A stretch of 63,878 bases of DNA, the filler included, from Octopus bimaculoides (Eukaryota), in assembly GCF_001194135.2 (NCBI RefSeq). It is 7 parts of 6 records of this genome, joined end to end, with 100 filler letters (N's around TTAATTAATTAA, not from the genome) between each part and the next. Parts side by side here need not be neighbours in the genome. Positions count along the whole stretch, not along the records: positions 48,270 to 56,763 come from NC_068987.1; positions 56,864 to 62,517 come from NW_026312738.1; 5 more parts are not named here. One strand, given 5' to 3'. The notes beneath the pieces were generated by a model, which worked only from the letters and a program-made list of their open reading frames with translations, searched no databases and was not told the DNA's origin. Below are positions 49,300 through 60,620 of this stretch, piece by piece (the stretch's first letter is position 1; each line of letters begins with the position of its first letter). The position numbers and the translations under genes were made by a program.

Positions 49300-50364
49300 A
49301 TGACTGAGTGATTGATAGATAGAAAGGTGCCGAGTTTAACAAGGAATAGAATGAAAAGCCAACGAATGTATTGGAGTGAAAGTAATAAAAATAAATAAAT
49401 TAAACTAAAGAATATGATTTATTTCATCGTGACAAAACTACGAAATCAAACAAATAGGCTACAACTGCAAACTGCTGCAAACTTGTGTTAGCTTGACGCC
49501 AGAGAATTTAACAAATGGCGTATTTGCATTTGATTTAGCGGTATAAAATCATAGATTTAATACCTATAATAGGCTGCGGTTTGTGTGACTGGCAACTTAA
49601 TGGACCATCACGGAACAAACGATTTCGGGGAAATAAAAGACCTGCGAAATGTAAAACGAATATTAAAAGAAATATAGAAATATAAATTTATCAATTTCCT
49701 TAGATTTTTAATCCCCATTTTACACGGTGCGCATTCGTTCTCTCATTCCCTCTCTCACACATACACACGCTCTCTTTATACATATATACAAATATAAATA
49801 TTAATGCATATATATATATATGTGTATGTATGTATATATATGTACATNNNNNNNNNNNNNNNNNNNNNNNNNNNNNNNNNNNNNNNNNNNNNNNNNNNNN
49901 NNNNNNNNNNNNNNNNNNNNNNNNNNNNNNNNNNNNNNNNNNNNNNNNNNNNNNNNNNNNNNNNNNNNNNNNNNNNNNNNNNNNNNNNNNNNNNNNNNNN
50001 NNNNNNNNNNNNNNNNNNNNNNNNNNNNNNNNNNNNNNNNNNNNNNNNNNNNNNNNNNNNNNNNNNNNNNNNNNNNNNNNNNNNNNNNNNNNNNNNNNNN
50101 NNNNNNNNNNNNNNNNNNNNNNNNNNNNNNNNNNNNNNNNNNNNNNNNNNNNNNNNNNNNNNNNNNNNNNNNNNNNNNNNNNNNNNNNNNNNNNNNNNNN
50201 NNNNNNNNNNNNNNNNNNNNNNNNNNNNNNNNNNNNNNNNNNNNNNNNNNNNNNNNNNNNNNNNNNNNNNNNNNNNNNNNNNNNNNNNNNNNNNNNNNNN
50301 NNNNNNNNNNNNNNNNNNNNNNNNNNNNNNNNNNNNNNNNNNNNNNNNNNNNNNNNNNNNNNNN

Positions 50365-50530
50365 ATGCTGGTGTGTTTACGTCCCCGTAACTTAGCGGTT
50401 CGGCAAAAAGAGATCGATAGAATAAGTGCTAGGCATCCAAATAATAAGTCCTGGGTTCGATTTCCTCGACTAAAGGCCGTGCTCCAGCATGGCCGCAGTC
50501 AAATGACTGAAACAAGTAAAAGAGTAAAGA
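50365..50530 (+). mobile_element. SINE family B 3' half
   Basis: GGTGTGTTTACGTCCCCGTAACTTAGCGGTTCGGCAAAAGAG...CCAGCATGGCCGCAGTCAAATGACTGAAACAAGTAAAAGAGTAAAG. Confidence 0.9.
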
Positions 50531-51204
50531 GTATATATGCACCTACATACATGCATTCATAAACACACACATAAATACGTACATGCATACACACATCAGG
50601 AATTAAAATGACAAAGGTTTATAAAATGATACTTGCTTTAAAGGCTTAGTGTTGGAGGCTCCGATGAAACTACGAGTGCCCTGCATCCTATAGCAGAAAC
50701 ATTTGTAAGATATAACGTAGTTCATAACAGGCTTGTTCATTCTTTTATCATCCCAGTTTAACGTTACTGCTCTTTACTGAACTAACGCTTTGCTCTGAAG
50801 CTTGTTCTAATTCCGGTTATTATTATCCCAATGGAAAAGCGAAATAATAATATATATATATATATATATATACACACGCACATACATGTATTTGTATATC
50901 TACCTATCTTCATGAATGTTTTTGACTTTGAAAATTATGCTTCCAATGTAATAACTGTATGTATAGAGATGTTTTGGGAACACTGTCTTTGACACAGCAC
51001 CTAGGCATGAAAGATAGACAGATGAATGGACAGTATCTATATAGAAATGTATTTATGCATGCATGTACAGACGTGTAATGTTCATGCAGCTGGAACAGTG
51101 ATGCATTTTACAATGATGGAAATCTTGAACGCAAGAGAATGGCTGGCTATTCTATCCGATCCTCCACGCTATTTTCTTGGATATGCTCCTCCATTCGATA
51201 TTTG

Positions 51205-52045
51205 CTACTTCCCCTTCATCACTCAAATCCCCCTCTCTGGAATGTTGAAGATTCATTCCTCCCATTCCTCCCATTCATGACTCAAATCCCCCTCTCTGGA
51301 ATGTTGAAGATTCCTTCCTCCCCTTCCTCCACTTCATCACTAAATCCTCTCTCTGGAATGTTGAAGATTCCTTCCAGCCCTTCCTCCCTTTCATCACTCA
51401 AATCCCTCTCTCTGGAATGTTGAAGATTCCTTCCTCCCCTTCATCACTAAATCCTCCTCTCTGGAATGTTGAAGATTCCTTCCTCCCCTTCATCACTAAA
51501 TCCTCCTCTCTGGAATGTTGAAAATTCCTTCCTCCCCTTCCTCCCCTCCCTCCCCTTCCTCCCCTTCATTACTCAAATCCCCCTCTCTGGAATGTTGAAT
51601 ATTTGTTTGTCCCCTACCTCCCCTTCCCCTCTCAATTCTCCCTCTCTGGAACGTTGAAGATTTCTTCCTCCATTCGAAGTTTCCTTCTTCCATTTCCTCC
51701 CCTTCCCTTCTCAAATCCCCCTCTCTTAACTGTTGAAGATTCCTTCCTCCCCTTCCCCTCTCAAATCCCTTTCTCTGGAATGTTGAAGGTTCTTGGCTCC
51801 CCTTTCTCCCCTTCGTTACTCAAATCTCCCTCTCTGGAATGTTCAAGATTCCTTCCTCCCTTTCCTCCCCTTCATCACTCAAATCCCCCTCTCTGGAATG
51901 TTCCAGATTTATTGCTCCCCTTCCTACCCTTCCCCTCTCATATTTCCCTTTCCTTAATATTCAAGTTTCCCTCCTCCCCTTTCCCCTCTCAAATCCCTCC
52001 TCGAATATTCAAGATTCCTTCCTCCCATTCATCCCCTTCCCCTCT
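51205..52045. repeat. Pyrimidine-rich minisatellite, ~50-60-bp unit, about 14 copies
   Basis: Unit about ATCACTCAAATCCCCCTCTCTGGAATGTTGAAGATTCCTTCCTCCCCTTCCTCCCCTTC with a variable number of CCTCCCCTT subunits. Confidence 0.92.
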
Positions 52046-52430
52046 GAGGTCTCTGTCACGTGTTTTTTTTTAATCACCAATAGTGCTTTAACATTTGGGC
52101 CTTTGGTGAACAGACGTATCACTTCTAGACTCACCATCTGGCTGGATTCAATGGGGATATCCTAGATCAATTCTGTGAAGTAGGTGGAATGCTTCACGTA
52201 TGATGTTGACTTTCCTGCTAATGGACTGATTATATCCACAACGAAGCAGCCCAGTGGCTGACATGCTGAATCTCTATTGCCCATTCTAGGTCATAATGGA
52301 ATACCATCCTTGTGAATCTTAGGGGACCGTACATGTGTGGTAGTTTACTATGGTGTTGAGTCAGTTGCCTGTACTTCATTTTTGTAAAGTGATCTTTTTT
52401 CTTGAATCGATATCTGTGACAACTTTCTCC
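52045..52430 (-). mobile_element. Penelope-like element reverse transcriptase fragment, decayed
   Basis: HSKLPHMYG / frameshift / PKIHKDGIPL*PRMGNRDSACQPLGCFVVDIISPLAGKSTSYVKHSTYFTELI*DIPIESSQMVSLEVIRLFTKGP matches the PLE RT pattern YGLPKIHK..IPLRPIV...SY.KNS..F...MVS.DV.SLFT.VP. Confidence 0.85.
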
Positions 52431-52450
52431 CTGCTTTCACAGTTGTGCGT

Positions 52451-52515
52451 TTCGAAATTTCCCCAAGACACCTGATGAAGACNNNNNNNNNNCAAATATC
52501 TGTCAAATGTAAATA
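52451..52515 (+). repeat. Second copy of the hammerhead-bearing repeat (partly hidden by a 10-N gap)
   Basis: TTCGAAATTTCCCCAAGACACCTGATGAAG-AC-N10-CAAATATCTGTCAAATGTAAATAA. Confidence 0.75.
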
Positions 52516-52529
52516 AAGAAAATAATTTA

Positions 52530-53315
52530 TTCACTTAGTTTAACATGCTTACGTATTCGTCTCACAGACTTTCGTAAATGCTTCCGAACTTCAAAGTAAC
52601 GTTTCTGGCTAGCAGTTTGGCTAAGAGGAACAAATTCGCAGAGATAATTCCTTTCGCATCGAAGAAAAAATTCAGCAACATCTTGAAATTGGATTTCTCT
52701 TGAGGGGCTGTTTGGGGGCGTGATGATATTGAATGCCTCCATTGACTTAATTGCTGATTCGTTTCCCGGTCGTAGCCGTTTGCACCAGCTTTCGTCACCA
52801 GTGATGACTTTTGAATAAAGGTCCGATCAACTTCCAACTGTTCTTTTAGTTCATGACATGCATTCAGTCATGACTGCATTTGATCTTCCTTGAGCAAGTG
52901 AGGCACATATTTTGCTGCCACTTTTTAATTTGTGATTCCTCACTCAAAAATCGTTGGCAGAATCTCGAGGCTGATGCAGCAGTCATATCAAGAAGTTCGT
53001 CAATTACTCGGCGACGGTTCTCTAAGATTGGTTCATAAATTTTCGTGATGTTTTCATTCGTTCGGGAGATCGACGCTGACGCCGAATAATATTGACCATT
53101 AATAGTGACCATTTCTATACCCTAAAAACTACTCATAAACTTTTGTTTTTTTCTCATGTCAGCGTTCTGAAGCATGAGAACTGTTTTGAAAGCCGTTCGC
53201 CCCAGAATTTCACGGAAGCACGCTGTTCCTTCGTTTCAGCTATCACAAAAATAGACGAACAGGGGCGAAGCACTGCAAAACAGAGATACAACACATTACA
53301 GTACGACCCTATATT
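52530..53315 (-). mobile_element. Mariner transposase fragment, decayed
   Basis: Across frameshifts: RTNENITKIYEPILENRR, YDRETNQQLSQW, KMLLNFFFDAKGII, EFVPLSQT, YFEVRKHLRKSVRR; these match mariner helix-turn-helix and catalytic-domain N-terminal motifs. Confidence 0.8.
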
Positions 53316-56300
53316 ACGAAACCAGTTAGCAGATTGATGCCTGAGGGTCGCATCAAGTGGTTTCTAGCGGCTGATACTCGAACTACAACGGGCTTGTCCC
53401 ACAGGACCACTTTTTCGATTATTTTTATGTACTCAATCGTGTGTATATATATATATATATATATATTCATTCTTTTCTTTAATCCCTTTATAAGTTTCAG
53501 TCCTTAGTCGGTCACCTGCTGAAACACCACCAGTGTAATCACCTTTTCCATGGTCATTCTTATATGATTGGAATATGCTGAACGAGGGGGTTCTTTTATA
53601 TTTTACTGGTTTCAGTCCGTTGACTGCCGCACTGCAACTCTACCCCATGACTTATTATATTAAAGCCTTGTACTTATTCTAGACCCTGTTACATGTGGAA
53701 GTTACTTGAGCTAAAAAATACTTCTAAAATCTTTCTTGGTTAGGAAACAAGTTTCTGCTACAATTTTACATGCCTATCACTCTATCAATGATTCTGTGGG
53801 TGAATGTAAACTAAGTCCTTTACCTCCATAATTATCTTCTAGATGTTATTTTAGTGCTGAAATATATGACAGTTTTTTGCGATGAATGATTCCCGGCGGC
53901 TGAAGTTGTTGCATGATTTTACAGGGCGTCAGTGATTATTTATTGAAGGCAGTTCACATTGCTAAATTATCTCAGGTTTGTATGCAGTTATATTCTGTAA
54001 CGTTACGGAATCGATCACATAGAAGTAATATTTCGGGTGTTTGGAAATTAATAATCGCTATACGTTATTGAATTATGGAATAACATACGGAGTGACTGCA
54101 TTTTAGGTATATCCATAATTGTCTCTGTTTTCGTAGAAATACCGTCATATGACGTAAACTGTCTGAGTTGTATGAAAAAATTACATGTCTACAAAAGTTG
54201 AAATGGCAGTATAAAATGTAAGTAAAAGTGGATTTATGTTGGTGGGTGCCTTTATATAAGTGCATGTGTGTGTGTTTTTTTTCTGATTAGATACACAAGT
54301 GAGGAAGAAAGAATCATTCATCAGTTAATTTATGATTTCGTTTTATACCAAACCTTTTAATTTTTAATCATAAAATCTATTATTTTTTCTTATTAGTTTT
54401 CTTTACCATATATCATTTAAGATATTTACCCGCTATATCTGGTTGATGTAAAGAATGTTAAGATATTGTGTTATGATATTATCTAGTCACTTGGCTTGAG
54501 TAATTCGTCTTTGTTGCTGTTCTAAACTCAACTTTATTCTTTGATATAGCTAGCTTCTTGTAAATGGTATTTTCTTTCAGAGTGATTTTTTGCACATTTG
54601 GTGTTCTTAACATTAGATTCTCGAAACTTTCGATTGGGCTTTTCAACGCTTCTAGAATAGCTTCCATTTTTACTTTCTTTATCCTTTAGAAAAACGTGCG
54701 TTCTCTATTGAAGTTAGCTCTGTTATGATCTGAGAACAGTTACCTTTTCATAAAACGCCTTCATCTTATCGATAAACTAGCATCCTTTGACTTGATCTTT
54801 CTCTTTCTCTGATTTTTACTTAGTGTGGTATAATTTTAGAGAATCTCTTTCAATTTCTAGATTTTCATCATTTACTGCTGTCCATTGATTTTTGCGCAGT
54901 ATTAAGAAAAATATTCATGTTTGATCTTTCTTTTCCTATTCTCTTTTCTGTTGTGATGTTATGGTATAAGTTGTTATGCTATTTTCCCTTTAAAATTTTT
55001 TTTCTTCTATTATTATTTCTCTTTCCGAAGGAAATAAGAACTACCACATATATTTTGTGCCATTTCCTCAATAATATTAATTGCTAAAGTTTTTGCATGG
55101 ATGTATTGATGCTTATATTCAGCTATTTTCGTAATGAATTATCATTAGGCTTTCGTCTCGCAATCTTTATGATTTATAACTAAGTGTAAAATTATTACTC
55201 CAGTTTATTTAAATAGATTACAACTCATGTCTCACATTCATTTAAAAAGTTTGCTGAGTTTATGTTGGTGTCATAAATAAATATATACTCTATAGAAGAA
55301 AAGAAAATTAAATTTAGTGATATTCATTCTTTGACATAAAAATAATTCAAAAGTAAACTGAATTCCGAACACTTCTTCAAACTTCCTGCAAAGTCATACC
55401 ATTGTTTTTGCTATTCCTTGACCGACGTGATATCTCTTTTAACGGACATATAATAAACGCCACTCAAAGTGCTTGATAGAAAATATATAAACACTACACA
55501 ATTACTTGTGTCCTTTTTTCTCAAGAGAGTAAAATAATAGACATGTTCAAATAATTTGTAGCTGTGGAGCGTCAATCTAAAACACGATGAATTTTCCGTG
55601 TTTTTCTTCATTCATTAACGAAGGCTGCGATTAAATTTGCCTCACCCTTCCTTGTATTAATTCGGATAGAAATTCCTGTCGCATCATTGACATGATGATT
55701 TTGAGTATATATTTTCAATACTTGCATTAATATATGCAATCATTTTTACATTCTGATCTTTCTTTCTTTTCATGCTGCTTTATATCATTGTACTTAAAAT
55801 TGTATTGATATTATTTTCTTGAATGAGTTTAGACCAGACAACGCATGTTGAATGATGTTAAAAAAGGTCTCTTCAGCATTCGAAGAAGGAAGAAATATTC
55901 GTTCAGTTTCCGGAAGTCGATGGAAACGAATCTTAATTGCCTGAATCTTTAATTCCTTCAGGATATTTTTCTCTCACAAACCGTTTCGATCTCGACGGAA
56001 AAGTTCCAGCATTATTGAGATTCTGAAAAATATAGTTGCGGAAACGCAAAGTAAGCTACATGAGAATTTTCAAAGCAGCCCAGTTACAGTGATGCATCCA
56101 TCATAAAACACCTTCATGACTTAAATATTGTGTCTGAATTTTGTCTGGAGGCCACTCATCTTTTAACTGCTTGTCAGCTCAAAGAGTTGCTCTCTGCTCA
56201 CCAGTAAACACGAGATATACTGCCGGACTTGCTCTGGATAGTATCATCCCAGATAATGAAAACTGTTTTGTGTATTGAAATGCAACGTAAAGGACGCTAC

Positions 56301-56863
56301 TTAGAACACAATGAAAAAGTGCATCTATCACAAATACAAGCCTATGATCGAAAGAATTGTGGTCTTTTTTCGGAGCATTATAAAAAATGATGTATATTCA
56401 TTAAGTGTAAATATGAAGAATCACTGTCGACTTTTGAAACCATTGCATAAAAATGAGTAAAACGAAGTACACAAAAGTGATCAATCAAATATGTTTGTCG
56501 CTCTTACACGATAATATCAGACAATATATTGTCCAAGTCCTGGGATTCGTTATAAGAATTTTTGCCTTACGAATTTTTTCTCTTTAACTCACTGATATTT
56601 TTTTTCTAGAGCTAATTGCAAAACTGTTTAGAGTGAAAAGAGTTTATTAATTATAACGATGTTACAAGTGGTATTGTCTGTTACTTTGCTTTAAAACCTG
56701 AACAATTTTACACTAGAGTGATGAACAATTTGTCAATTATATTGGATTAAGTCATCAAAAACTNNNNNNNNNNNNNNNNNNNNNNNNNNNNNNNNNNNNN
56801 NNNNNNNTTAATTAATTAANNNNNNNNNNNNNNNNNNNNNNNNNNNNNNNNNNNNNNNNNNNN

Positions 56864-56907
<44 letters not shown>

Positions 56908-57326
56908 GTGTAGTGAAAAGAGAGAGGGAGAGAGAAAAGGAGGCAGAAAGCTAAAGTGAGAGAAATGGAGTGAAACAGAAATGGAAGAAGAGAGAGAAAT
57001 AGAAAGACAGAGTAAGCGAGAAAGAGAGAGAAAAGGGAGAAAATAATAACAGAGAGAGAGAGGGGGGAAGGGGAAAGATAGAAAATAAGAGAGGTGGAGA
57101 GAGAAACAGAGAGAAACAGAGTGTGAGGGTGTGGGTGTGGAGGAGATAGGGAGAAGGAGAAAGAATAAATATAAATATATGCGATGATGGGTGGATGAGA
57201 GAGCATTTGTCGGTTCGATACTAGGAGACGGCAGAGAATTAATAACGGCAGGTAAAGAAAAAGACTGCAGAGGAGACAGAACTCAACTGCTTTGGTATAA
57301 CCCATAGAACAGCTGTAGCATCAACT

Positions 57327-57337
<11 letters not shown>

Positions 57338-57390
<53 letters not shown>

Positions 57391-57560
57391 AATAACCACC
57401 ACTAACAACTGTACTATAATTATGACATACAATACCTACTTCTATAACTACAACTGCCACTACAATCACTATAACTTCTACTACAGCCAGAACTATTACA
57501 ACTACAAATACTACTACATCTCCTACAAGTTCTACTACCACAACTACTACAACAATACTA
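57338..57560. repeat. (TAC)n microsatellite with decayed flank
   Basis: Direct reading. Confidence 0.9.
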
Positions 57561-57969
57561 TATATATATATATATATATGAAGGGGATGTTTCTATGTGG
57601 CCTGTTTGTTTGTTGCACCTTGTTTACCATTTTGTCCTTGTTCTTTTGCCATGTCATGTACCCAGTTATGTATCTATATGTACATGTAGATGAACGTATA
57701 TACATACATGTACATATATATGCATATATCATATATTGTTTATACATATATATATATATATATATATATNNNNNNNNNNNNNNNNNNNNNNNNNNNNNNN
57801 NNNNNNNNNNNNNNNNNNNNNNNNNNNNNNNNNNNNNNNNNNNNNNNNNNNNNNNNNNNNNNNNNNNNNNNNNNNNNNNNNNNNNNNNNNNNNNNNNNNN
57901 NNNNNNNNNNNNNNNNNNNNNNNNNNNNNNNNNNNNNNNNNNNNNNNNNNNNNNNNNNNNNNNNNNNNC

Positions 57970-58130
57970 TGAGCACTCCACAGACACGTGTACCCTTAAC
58001 GTAGTTCTCGGGGATATTCAGCGTGACACAGTGTGACAAGGCTGACTCTTTGAATTACAGGCACAACAGAAACAGGAAGTAAGAGTGAGAGAAAGTTGTG
58101 GTGAAAGAGTACAGCAGGGTTCGGCACCAC
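57970..58130 (-). mobile_element. SINE family A central fragment
   Basis: Near-exact reverse complement of 100-255. Confidence 0.9.
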
Positions 58131-58134
58131 ACCT

Positions 58135-58270
58135 AGTGGTTCGGCAAATGAGACCGATAGAATAAATAAGTACTAGGCTTACAAAGAATGAGTCCTGATG
58201 TAGATTTGTTCGACTAAAGGCGGTACCCCAGCATGGCCGCAGTCACATGACTGAAACAAATAAAAGAGTA
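58135..58270 (+). mobile_element. SINE family B 3' half
   Basis: GGTTCGGCAAATGAGACCGATAG...GGTACCCCAGCATGGCCGCAGTCACATGACTGAAAC. Confidence 0.85.
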
Positions 58271-58282
58271 AAGGAGTAATGT

Positions 58283-58681
58283 TGGCAGTGAGATTTGACT
58301 GGCGTGCGGTGAGTGAACAGCTGTAACTGAAGAGCTGCAGGACGTGGAAACCCTAGCTATGACATCAAACTGCATCCGGTGGTGAGGCTCCAGTTCGGGG
58401 ATTATGGAGTTTTGGGAAGCGTTGAGTCACTTATTGATTACAATTATTGATTACTATTACATCCAGGTTCGTTCTGACCCAGAACGGTAGCAGCTGTCAT
58501 CATTGGGAGTGAGATTTAGTCATTCTGCGGCGAGCGGACAATTGTCACTGAAGAGACAGAGAACGTGGAAATCGTGACGACTATGACATTAAACTGTTCT
58601 GGCGTTATGAGGAGCGTGGAGACCCTCATTGACTACCATTCCTACCAGGTCTCTTCTGAGACGAAACGATAACAGCTGTCA
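58283..58681 (+). repeat. Diverged tandem dimer (units 58283-58499 and 58505-58681), each with a hammerhead-like core
   Basis: Shared ordered motifs AGTGAGATTT, TGCGG.GAG, CTGAAGAG, ACGTGGAAA, CTATGACAT.AAACTG, CCAGGT..TTCTGA and CAGCTGTCA. Confidence 0.7.
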
Positions 58682-59067
58682 GGACCCCATAGATTTTTGT
58701 CAGGGTAGATTGAGCTCCTTCAACCAATCTAGGGGAAGGAAACTCCAAAATTAATATCCTTATCCAACATGCCCTAAGCCAACACAAAACTGGCTGATGA
58801 AACTAATATTAGATATATTCAATAATTTATATTAGATATATCCAATAACAAATTCATGCATCGGCGCGCATTCTGTCGAAAACGGAGGGAGTGAGAAATG
58901 ATGACAGAAGACTCTTGCCCAAAGTACGAATCCGAAAGACTGAATCGGAAACCACGTTTACGAAGCGAATGTCTTTAACACAGAGCCACGCCTGCGACTG
59001 TGAAAGCAAAATCTATATAGCGTCAGATAACACGTCTTGCGTTATTTCATTATACGTCTGTACGAAG

Positions 59068-59322
59068 GCTGTGAGCTGGCAGAAACGTTAGCACGCCGGA
59101 CGAAATGCTTAGCGGCATTTCGTCTGTCTTTACGTTCTGATTTCAAATTCCGCCGAGGTCGAATTTGCATTTCATTCTTTCAGGGTCGATAAATTAAGTA
59201 TCAGTTATGCACTGGGGTCGATGTAATCGACTTAATCCCTTTGTCTGTCCTTGTTTGTCCCCTCTATGTTTAGCACCTTGTAGGCAATAAAGAAATAAGA
59301 ATCGTTAGCACGTCGGGCGAAA
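59068..59322 (+). mobile_element. SINE family C full-length copy plus start of a second
   Basis: GAGCTGGCAGAAACGTTAGC (A-box), TTTCAAATTCCGCC (B-box-like), GAGGTCGAATTTGCATTTCATTCTTTCAGGGTCGATAAATTAAGTATCAG core, tail GCAATAAAGAAATAAGAA. The core resembles, from memory, the Meta/Sauria-type SINE central domain. Confidence 0.9.
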
Positions 59323-59742
59323 NNNNNNNNNNNNNNNNNNNNNNNNNNNNNNNNNNNNNNNNNNNNNNNNNNNNNNNNNNNNNNNNNNNNNNNNNNNNNN
59401 NNNNNNNNNNNNNNNNNNNNNNNNNNNNNNNNNNNNNNNNNNNNNNNNNNNNNNNNNNNNNNNNNNNNNNNNNNNNNNNNNNNNNNNNNNNNNNNNNNNN
59501 NNNNNNNNNNNNNNNNNNNNNNNNNNNNNNNNNNNNNNNNNNNNNNNNNNNNNNNNNNNNNNNNNNNNNNNNNNNNNNNNNNNNNNNNNNNNNNNNNNNN
59601 NNNNNNNNNNNNNNNNNNNNNNNNNNNNNNNNNNNNNNNNNNNNNNNNNNNNNNNNNNNNNNNNNNNNNNNNNNNNNNNNNNNNNNNNNNNNNNNNNNNN
59701 NNNNNNNNNNNNNNNNNNNNNNNNNNNNNNNNNNNNNNNNNN

Positions 59743-59781
<39 letters not shown>

Positions 59782-59939
59782 CGAGACAAAGAGAGACTGA
59801 CAGGTAGATAGATATAGGCATACACTAATGTATGCGCGGTGGTGGTGGGGCAGCTATGAGCTATACACCTGTGTGGCAAGTGCTAATATATTCACAGAGT
59901 CGTTTTCAAATACCCTCCTCTCACTACGACCGCGGCCAC

Positions 59940-60099
59940 TATTACGTGATCCTCTACATCATCATCATCATCAGCAGCATCATCGTCGTCGTCATCATCA
60001 TCATCACCATCGCCGTTCTCATCATCAAAATCATCATCATAATTATCGTCAGCCTCATCACCAATTCGATCACATCACCACTACCATTATCAATCCACC

Positions 60100-60133
<34 letters not shown>

Positions 60134-60337
60134 TCATCATTACCATCACCCCCCCCCCATCATCATCATCATCATCATCATCAGATAACGTTATTTGCTC
60201 TTTCTGGTGGAAAACAATTTTCTAGTATTATATTTGTTTTTTTTCTTTTATTTTTCATTCTTTTTTGAATTGCGTAAAATATTTCTTCTTAAGAGTTATA
60301 GCTGTTATTATTGTTGATGTTGCTGTTATTATTATTA

Positions 60338-60389
<52 letters not shown>

Positions 60390-60463
60390 GATTATTATTA
60401 TTATTATTACTATTATTATTATTATTATTATTAATATTTTTATTATTATTATTATTATTATCA

Positions 60464-60500
<37 letters not shown>

Positions 60501-60620
60501 CATTATTATCATTATTATTATTATTATTATTATTATTGTTATTATTTTCGTTGATATTCTTTCTTTAAAAGAACTTTTTTTTTTGTTTTTTTTATAATTA
60601 TTATTTTTTTTATTTCATTT
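59940..60620. repeat. (CAT)n/(CAC)n and (ATT)n trinucleotide arrays
   Basis: Direct reading; they explain the poly-His and poly-Ile ORFs. Confidence 0.95.

Noticed and set aside
51139-52073. Pro/Ser/Leu-rich repetitive ORFs
   Set aside because: Translations of the minisatellite; indels shift frames between units.
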